Origin: Clostridiales bacterium
Lineage (GTDB): Bacteria > Bacillota > Clostridia > Christensenellales > Aristaeellaceae
DNA length: 32,000 nucleotides
Assembly (NCBI GenBank): GCA_004556155.1
Contig: SFIM01000011.1
Coordinates: forward strand, 13,914-45,913
Direction: 5' to 3'
Position 1 is the first letter of the stretch; each line of letters opens with the position of its first letter. Of this stretch, positions 26,772-32,000 are shown piece by piece. The position numbers and the translations under genes were made by a program. The notes below the pieces were generated by a model, which searched no databases, was not told the DNA's origin, and worked only from the letters and a program-made list of their open reading frames with translations.

Positions 26772-27572
26772 TTGAACCATGTGCCGGAGGAAATGCTGGT
26801 AACGGAAGTTACCAGCGTTTCCCCGGCAATGTGGGAAGCTGCTCTGTGCGCCTGTGCGGCGCAGTACCCGCGCCAGGCGCAGCTGATGCATGCAGCGCTG
26901 CGGAAGTGCTGGAATGATGGCCAGCGCCTGGGGCTAATCCCGCTGGATTATACGCCCTATAGAAACGTCCTTGTACCGAAACACCGGCCACGCCCTATAA
27001 ATTACCTCTTGCCCGAGGAATTGTCAAGCTATGCCGCCGCAGCGCAGGCTACCCCTGCTGCCCTGCCGCTGCTGCTGATGCTGCTTTGCGGCCTGCGCCG
27101 AGGGGAAGCAATGGGCTTGAAATGGTTACAAATTGACGAACGTGGCATGCTAATGCGCATAGATTCGCAGCTTGTGAACGGCCATGATGCGCCGCCCAAA
27201 TCGCGCACTTCAGACCGATTAGTGCCAATTTGCGCTGAAATATTGACAATTATTAAGAAATTCGGTGACATTGATGAAAAATACTGCTATAATGGCGGTG
27301 TTGACCGGCTGTACGCCGCCCACAAGGCGGCTTTGGCTGCTGCTGGCATCAATGCCCACGTTACCCTGCACGGCCTGCGCCATAGCTGCGCAACCGCCGC
27401 ACTGGCCAGCGGAGCGGATATAAAAACCGTTCAGCGGATCCTCGGCCATGCCACCTTTGCCATCACGGCGGATACCTATTGCCACGCGCTCCTGACCAGC
27501 GAGCGCCGCGCCATAGGGGCGCTTCTGACCTTTGCCAGCCATGCCGCTGCTACGCGACTGGAAATCGCGTAG
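26772..27572 (+). CDS. tyrosine recombinase/integrase, short (probably N-terminally truncated), start uncertain
   Basis: Catalytic-domain motifs LRRGEAMGLKW (Arg I), HGLRHSCATAALASGADIKTVQRILGH (H-x-x-R ... H) and TADTYCH (Tyr). Arg I lies only ~109 aa from the first possible start (TTG 26772). No convincing RBS. In-frame stops lie immediately upstream. Confidence 0.75.
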   Translation: MNHVPEEMLVTEVTSVSPAMWEAALCACAAQYPRQAQLMHAALRKCWNDGQRLGLIPLDYTPYRNVLVPKHRPRPINYLLPEELSSYAAAAQATPAALPLLLMLLCGLRRGEAMGLKWLQIDERGMLMRIDSQLVNGHDAPPKSRTSDRLVPICAEILTIIKKFGDIDEKYCYNGGVDRLYAAHKAALAAAGINAHVTLHGLRHSCATAALASGADIKTVQRILGHATFAITADTYCHALLTSERRAIGALLTFASHAAATRLEIA

Positions 27573-27617
27573 GCGTCAAAAGCGTCTCGAGAGTTCGAAT
27601 CTCTCCTTCTCCGCCAT
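27553..27617 (+). repeat. attR-like copy of the 65-bp tRNA-Ser 3' repeat
   Basis: Identical to 26093-26157. Contains the last 6 codons and the stop of the integrase ORF. Confidence 0.85.
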
Positions 27618-27638
27618 GAATACCGACATTAGTTGGTG

Positions 27639-27676
27639 CAAGCAAACTTATCCGAAAGGATAGGCTTGTTTGTTTT
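27639..27676 (+). terminator. imperfect long hairpin plus T-run, likely the original tRNA-Ser terminator
   Basis: 15-position stem 27639-27653 / 27658-27672 (one mismatch, two G-T pairs), GAAA loop, then TTTT. Confidence 0.5.
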
Positions 27677-27854
27677 CATGCAAAAATGCGTATTCCATAC
27701 CTCTTTTGCCCTTTAGATTTGCAGGAATACACGAGAAGGCTCACAAATAGATTTTTCCTTCGCACACATGATAGATACGCTATTGCAAGGAGGGTTGATT
27801 TCAGCTTTTTACGCTTAATTTCTGTGGAATGGTGCAACCCTCTGCCCCAGACAT

Positions 27855-27875
27855 AAAAACCCCGCCGAAGCGGGG
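27855..27875 (-). terminator. rho-independent terminator of the 211-aa gene
   Basis: Minus strand: CCCCGC-TTCG-GCGGGG followed by TTTTT. Confidence 0.7.
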
Positions 27876-27885
27876 AAATTGCGCC

Positions 27886-28521
27886 TTATTCTGCAATGAA
27901 CCCTTTTGCATTCAGTGCGGCCATGAGGGCTTCGTTCGCCGGGCCGGATACTGTACCGGTCTTGCTGACCGTGTAGTCGCCGATGATATAGGCGAAGCTG
28001 GGTGCGTTCTGGTATATAGCAGGCGCATCTATGAAGGCCTTGACGGCCTCTACCAGCGCTTTACGGCGCTCGCCGGTTACGTTGAAGGCCGCCTCCATAT
28101 TCTCCGGCTCGTGGGCTGTGATGGTCGAATCCTGCGCGTTTAGCTCGGCAGAGATCTCTGTGCCCTGCGCAGCTGCTTCGGCAACTTCCGCCACGGGCTG
28201 GCCCTCGGCCTCTGCCTGCACCAATGCCGCCTGAAGCCCGGCTGTGATATGTTCTGGCACAAGCGCTTCCTCTGTCTTGGCTTTCCGAGTATTGCGCGTC
28301 CGTGCTTCCGGCCAGACTTTTGGCAGGATGCCTTCCTCAAACATGATCTTGAAAGTGATGGCTCCGGTAACCGGCACGCTGAATTCGAAGTCCTGATAAG
28401 GCAGTTTCTTAATTTCGTCGGGGATTTCGATGTTCTTGAAGCGCTTGACCTCCTTGCCGTTCTCGATGAAGCAAACCGGTACCGCATCCCGAAGTTTCGC
28501 TGTGAGCTTTCCGCATTCCAT
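27886..28521 (-). CDS. hypothetical protein (211 aa), acidic Ala/Glu-rich middle, no family recognised
   Basis: GGGAGG at 28530-28535, 8 nt upstream of the ATG at 28521 (MECGKLTAKLRD...). The track start 28593 has no RBS. Own terminator. Confidence 0.65.
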   Translation of the reverse strand: MECGKLTAKLRDAVPVCFIENGKEVKRFKNIEIPDEIKKLPYQDFEFSVPVTGAITFKIMFEEGILPKVWPEARTRNTRKAKTEEALVPEHITAGLQAALVQAEAEGQPVAEVAEAAAQGTEISAELNAQDSTITAHEPENMEAAFNVTGERRKALVEAVKAFIDAPAIYQNAPSFAYIIGDYTVSKTGTVSGPANEALMAALNAKGFIAE

Positions 28522-28802
28522 GATGAATACCTCCCGTATTGTTGTGTGCCTCGCGGCTGAGTCACAGCTTACACACGGATGGTCAAAAAGCAAGCTCTAA
28601 ACGGGCTCTTTATAAAAGAAATTTGTGGCTACTACATGCGCGCTAACCGTACTCCCATATTCCCATGTGACAGACCTATTTGGAAAACAATTTATTTCCA
28701 TAAAATTAACCATTCCAATAACATGGGAAATCAACGCCCCATGCTATTCAGCACTTCTTTTAGACATAGCTCTACATCGGTTGCTTGACGATATAGCGCC
28801 CA

Positions 28803-29036
28803 TCATCGCATGATTTTGTCAGCATAGAATATATTGAATAATTTTATCTTCTCATCCTCAAGCTTTTGCATAGACTTTGACTGCTTGACATCACAAAGCG
28901 TTTGCACGATGGTCTGCTCGTCCTTAAGCGCGGGGGATGAGGTGAAGACGTTGACTGGTCTGCCCTCATGCAGTGCCTGTTGGGCGGCGAACAGGATGGG
29001 CTGATTTGCGCCGTACAGGGTGATTCCCTTGCGGGC
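28803..29036 (-). pseudogene. possible 3' gene remnant (about 78 codons, no start codon)
   Basis: The minus frame reads HARKGITLYGANQPILFAAQQALHEGRPVNVFTSSPALKDEQTIVQTLCDVKQSKSMQKLEDEKIKLFNIFYADKIMR-stop. This is protein-like, unlike the overlapping 64-aa track ORF, and it abuts the stop of the LacI gene. Confidence 0.25.
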
Positions 29037-29041
29037 ATGCG

Positions 29042-30055
29042 TTACGGCTGCGCAAGCGCGCCGCGATAGAGAATCTGCGTGGAAAAATAGGTGGTTTCGT
29101 AGGGCGCCTGCGGGTAATCCGCGCGGTAGATCAGCTGCCGCGCCAGGCGCTTGCCAAGGGACGAGGTGTCCACATCCACGGTGGTAATCTGCTCGGCTAC
29201 GTTTGCGTATTCCGCGTTGTTGTCAAAGCCCGTCAGAATGGGGCATTTGCCGGCGGGCACGCCGGTTTCGGACAGGTAGCGCTGGATATAGTGGGCGATA
29301 AAATCGCTGGGGCAGATAAACGCATCAGGCAGGGCGGGCAGGGAGGCGAGAAAGCGGCTGATTTCCTCATAATGGCTGCGCAGGCCGAGAGAGCCCGTCA
29401 TGCTCAGTGCGGGATCGGGCGTAACGCCGTGCGCGGCGTGCGCATCCAGAAAGCCGCGGTAGCGGTCCATGTTGGTCTGGGCATAGTTGACGTCGCCCAC
29501 AAAGCCCAGCCGGCGATAGCCGCGGTCCAGCAGGCGCGCGGTGATATCGCATACGCGGGTACGGCCCTCGATGATCAGCAGATCGCCGCCCAGTGCGCGC
29601 TCGGGCATGGCGGGAATGGTGTCCAGGAAAACCTTGGGCAGCGGGCTTTTGGACAGAAGCCTGAGCAGCTCCTGATCGTAAATGTTGAGCACGATAAAGC
29701 CACCGACCGCTCCGCCCTCCAGGGAGGCGGGCAGCTCGTAGCCGGGGCGGTACAGCGCGGGCATGTAGGTATACATCAGGTTGATGCCGTGCAGCGCCAG
29801 CTCCTTGGCGGCATAGTGGATGATCTGCATCCAGAACGCGGAGGATTCCGGCCGGGCGACGACCACCGAAAAGGTGCGCTGCGGCTGGGCGTGCGCCGTG
29901 CGCTCGGCGGCGTAATAGCCCAGCTCCTGCGCTTTATGCTGGATTTCGGCGCGCAGCGTATCGGATACGCCGGGCCGGTTGGTCAACGCCTTCCATACCG
30001 TAATGCGCGAGGTGCCAAGGGAATCGGCAAGCTCCTGCATGGTAATCCGAGCCAC
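29042..30055 (-). CDS. LacI-family transcriptional regulator
   Basis: HTH ITMQELADSLGTSRITVWKALTNRPGVSDTLRAEIQHKAQELGY plus a periplasmic-binding-like domain. The track start 30112 overlaps a TATAAT box. GTG 30055, ATG 30073 or ATG 30040 are all possible. Confidence 0.8.
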   Translation of the reverse strand: MARITMQELADSLGTSRITVWKALTNRPGVSDTLRAEIQHKAQELGYYAAERTAHAQPQRTFSVVVARPESSAFWMQIIHYAAKELALHGINLMYTYMPALYRPGYELPASLEGGAVGGFIVLNIYDQELLRLLSKSPLPKVFLDTIPAMPERALGGDLLIIEGRTRVCDITARLLDRGYRRLGFVGDVNYAQTNMDRYRGFLDAHAAHGVTPDPALSMTGSLGLRSHYEEISRFLASLPALPDAFICPSDFIAHYIQRYLSETGVPAGKCPILTGFDNNAEYANVAEQITTVDVDTSSLGKRLARQLIYRADYPQAPYETTYFSTQILYRGALAQP

Positions 30056-30110
30056 AGAAACACAACCTTTCATTGCAGTCAAACAGAGTAATTCAATGGA
30101 ATAAATGAAC

Positions 30111-30146
30111 ATTATAAAGCATACTATGTTAACCGGAAAAAGTCAA
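30111..30146 (-). promoter_or_regulatory. candidate promoter of the LacI gene
   Basis: Minus strand: TTGACT (30146-30141), 17 nt, TATGCT (30123-30118). An alternative TATAAT lies at 30116-30111. Confidence 0.35.
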
Positions 30147-30154
30147 TAGTAAAA

Positions 30155-30167
30155 TTAACAATGTTAA
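30155..30167. promoter_or_regulatory. 13-bp perfect palindrome TTAACA-A-TGTTAA, candidate operator
   Basis: Verified arm by arm. Lies in the divergent intergenic region. Confidence 0.3.
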
Positions 30168-30229
30168 CTTAAGAAAAACAAAATTTATTTCCGGGATGGA
30201 TAAATATATATAAAAATTTCCCAGAGCTA

Positions 30230-30258
30230 TTGACATGCGCTGAACAGTATGCTAACAT
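30230..30258 (+). promoter_or_regulatory. sigma70-type promoter of the sugar ABC operon
   Basis: TTGACA 30230-30235, 17-nt spacer, TAACAT 30253-30258. Confidence 0.5.
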
Positions 30259-30264
30259 ATGAGC

Positions 30265-30276
30265 AAACAATGTTAA
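30265..30276. promoter_or_regulatory. operator-like half-palindrome AAACAATGTTAA at the predicted transcription start
   Basis: Shares ACAATGTTAA with the palindrome at 30155-30167. Sits 7 nt downstream of the -10 box. Confidence 0.3.
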
Positions 30277-30299
30277 TTCTGTTAATTGGAGGGAAGCCG

Positions 30300-31280
30300 A
30301 TGAGCCTGAAGACAGGAGAACGCGCGGCGGAAATCAGAAAGCCTGTGCGCAAGAAAAAAAGATGGTCGCGCGAGGATACCGAGCTTGCGCTGCTGGGCTT
30401 TCCTACGTTTATCTGGTATATTCTGTTCTGCTACCTGCCGATGTTCGGCATCATCATTGCGTTCAAAAACTACAGAATCTTCCCGCGCAAGAGCTTCTTA
30501 TATAATCTGCTGCACAGCGACTTTGTGGGGTTTAAGAACTTCAAGTTCTTCTTCAACAACAAGTCCTTCACCATGCTGCTGCGCAATACGCTGCTGTACA
30601 ACATCGTCTTTATCATCCTGGGCATCGTCATTCCTGTGGCGCTGGCGCTGATGATCAACGAGCTGTACTCCAAGCGCAAGTCCAAGGTATACCAGACGAT
30701 GATGTTCTTCCCCCACTTCCTGTCGTGGGTGGTGGTCAGCTATTTCGTCTTCGCCTTCCTGAATGTCAATTACGGCCTGCTCAACAAGCTGGTCATCGCC
30801 CTTGGCGGCACGCGGCACCAGTGGTACGCCGAGGCGCAGTACTGGCCGCTGTTCTTTGTCCTCCTCAAAATATGGAAGGGAACGGGCTACAGCATGGTGG
30901 TGTACCTGGCCAGCATCACAGGTATCGACGGCTCGCTCTACGAGGCCGCCATGCTGGACGGCGCCACCAAGTGGCAGCAGGCAAAGTTCATCACCCTGCC
31001 GATGCTGAAAACCGTCATCGTGATGATGTTCATCCTGTCCGTGGGCGGCATCTTCGCATCGGACTTTGGCCTGTTCTATCAGGTCACGCAGGGCGTGCCC
31101 AACTCCCTGTACAAGGTGGCCTCCACCTTCGATACCTACGTATACTCCGCCCTGCAAAGCAACGCCTCCATCGGCAAGACGGCGGCCGTATCCACCTTCC
31201 AGTCCGTCGCCTGCTGCATCACCATCCTGACTGCCAACTTCATCGTGTCCAAGATCGACTCGGACAGCGCTGTGTTCTAA
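30300..31280 (+). CDS. sugar ABC transporter permease (LplB/MalF-like)
   Basis: GGAGGG at 30288-30293, then the ATG at 30300 (MSLKTGERAAEIRK...). EAA loop LYEAAMLDGATKWQQAKFITLPMLK. Confidence 0.85.
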   Translation: MSLKTGERAAEIRKPVRKKKRWSREDTELALLGFPTFIWYILFCYLPMFGIIIAFKNYRIFPRKSFLYNLLHSDFVGFKNFKFFFNNKSFTMLLRNTLLYNIVFIILGIVIPVALALMINELYSKRKSKVYQTMMFFPHFLSWVVVSYFVFAFLNVNYGLLNKLVIALGGTRHQWYAEAQYWPLFFVLLKIWKGTGYSMVVYLASITGIDGSLYEAAMLDGATKWQQAKFITLPMLKTVIVMMFILSVGGIFASDFGLFYQVTQGVPNSLYKVASTFDTYVYSALQSNASIGKTAAVSTFQSVACCITILTANFIVSKIDSDSAVF

Positions 31281-31293
31281 GGAGGGAGAAGCC

Positions 31294-32000
31294 ATGAAAA
31301 AGGAAGACAAAGCGTACTCCCTGCAGATCAACCGGGTGAAGCCCTGGACAAACGCGGCGTACAACCTGCTGTTTGCCATCCTGGCAGCCTGCGCCATCCT
31401 GCCGGTCATCTTCGTATTCATGATCTCCATTTCCTCGGAGGAATCCATCCGCCAGGTGGGCTATTCCTTCTTCCCGGTGCAGTTCTCCAACAAGGCATAC
31501 GCCTTCCTGTGGAACGAGCGCAGCACGATCCTGGGCGCGCTGACGGTTTCCGTGGGCGTTACCTGCATCGGCACGCTGCTGGGCCTGACGCTGACCACGG
31601 CAATGGGCTACTCGCTGTCCCGGCCGGAGTTCAGACTGAAAAAGTTCTACACCTGGGTCATCTTCATCCCCATGCTCTTCAGCGGCGGCCTGGTGGCCTC
31701 CTATGTGGTAAACGCCAATATCCTCAAGCTGCGCAATACCATCTGGGTGCTGATCCTGCCGCTGGCGGTCAGCTCCTATAACATCGTCATCTGCAAAACC
31801 TTCTTCAGGAGCACCGTGCCCGAGGGCATTGTGGAATCGGCCATGATCGACGGCGCGTCGCAGCTGCGCATCTTCACCAGCATCGTCATTCCCATCTCCA
31901 AGCCGCTGCTGGCCACCATTTCGCTGTTCCTGTGCTTTGGATACTGGAACGACTGGTTCCTGTCCTCGCTGTACATCTCCAAAAAGAACCTGATTTCCCT
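31294..32000 (+). CDS. carbohydrate ABC transporter permease (LplC/MalG-like), 3' end outside the window
   Basis: Not in the track (no stop). AAGGAGGG RBS, ATG 31294, MKKEDKAYSLQINRVKPWTNAAYNLLFAILAACAILPVIFVF.... EAA loop IVESAMIDGASQLRIFTSIVIPISKP. Confidence 0.85.
   Translation, partial: MKKEDKAYSLQINRVKPWTNAAYNLLFAILAACAILPVIFVFMISISSEESIRQVGYSFFPVQFSNKAYAFLWNERSTILGALTVSVGVTCIGTLLGLTLTTAMGYSLSRPEFRLKKFYTWVIFIPMLFSGGLVASYVVNANILKLRNTIWVLILPLAVSSYNIVICKTFFRSTVPEGIVESAMIDGASQLRIFTSIVIPISKPLLATISLFLCFGYWNDWFLSSLYISKKNLIS

Larger units (their letters stand above)
26158..27617 (+). mobile_element. tRNA-Ser-integrated mini-element or island remnant (HTH gene, GC-rich block, tyrosine integrase)
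   Basis: Bounded by the perfect 65-bp repeat and contains an integrase reading into the right repeat. A second hairpin with T-run (27639-27676) after the right repeat looks like the displaced native tRNA terminator. Confidence 0.6.

Noticed and set aside
26116-26917. Four overlapping 113-242 aa ORFs on both strands across the GC-rich block
   Set aside because: They are open only because ~77% GC leaves few stop codons. The products are Arg/Pro/Gly/Ala strings, mutually overlapping, and one runs through the tRNA gene.
27265-27293. Near-consensus promoter GTGACA-N17-TGcTATAAT inside the integrase gene, pointing out through attR
   Set aside because: It lies in a 32% GC stretch where such matches arise easily, and nothing obvious lies downstream on the plus strand to be transcribed. 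Worth a glance in RNA-seq only.
26184-27572. The HTH ORF and the integrase ORF are in the same frame, hinting at one ancestral fusion protein
   Set aside because: Two in-frame stops (26523 and 26758) intervene, and the intervening translation is not protein-like. Sharing a frame has a one-in-three chance.
28844-29038. 64-aa minus-strand track ORF (MPARESPCTAQISPSC...)
   Set aside because: Pro/Ser/Arg/Cys-rich with no RBS. A different frame over the same DNA reads like real protein (reported as a possible gene remnant).

Overview
GC-rich chromosomal segment of a spore-forming Firmicute. The gpr, spoIIP, T-box and ECF sigma genes support this; a Clostridia-type gut anaerobe is my inference only. 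Gene order: tex (partial, minus strand, missing from the ORF track); HAD hydrolase; AraC regulator with YdcF/DUF218; FAD oxidoreductase; a Trp-specific T-box leader driving a 3-gene ABC importer; an ~8 kb riboside/nucleoside-type locus; an ECF sigma/anti-sigma pair; a 900-bp gene-less stretch packed with hairpin repeats; an EF-G2-type paralog; murI; spoIIP; gpr; an RlmI-like methyltransferase; tRNA-Ser(GGA); a 1.46-kb mini-element; a short AT-richer accessory patch; and a LacI regulator with LplB/LplC-type sugar ABC permeases (the last one partial). The riboside locus is headed by an unusual LacI-ribokinase fusion, followed by a nucleoside hydrolase, an orphan secreted protein, a CUT1-type SBP with 2 permeases but no ATPase, and a stand-alone ribokinase. 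The mini-element is bounded by a perfect 65-bp repeat of the tRNA 3' part and holds a small HTH gene, a ~340-bp ~77% GC hairpin-rich block and a short tyrosine integrase. I see no CRISPR array, rRNA, or recognisable defence or toxin system. Most long track ORFs lying antisense to these genes are GC-driven shadow ORFs. Several track starts are TTG/GTG artefacts; for example, 9121 is actually a -35 TTGACA box. The best candidates for something new are the LacI-PfkB fusion and its locus, the tRNA-Ser mini-element with its GC-rich structured block, and the hairpin-repeat cluster. All calls rest on reading the sequence and remembered family motifs; no searches were run.
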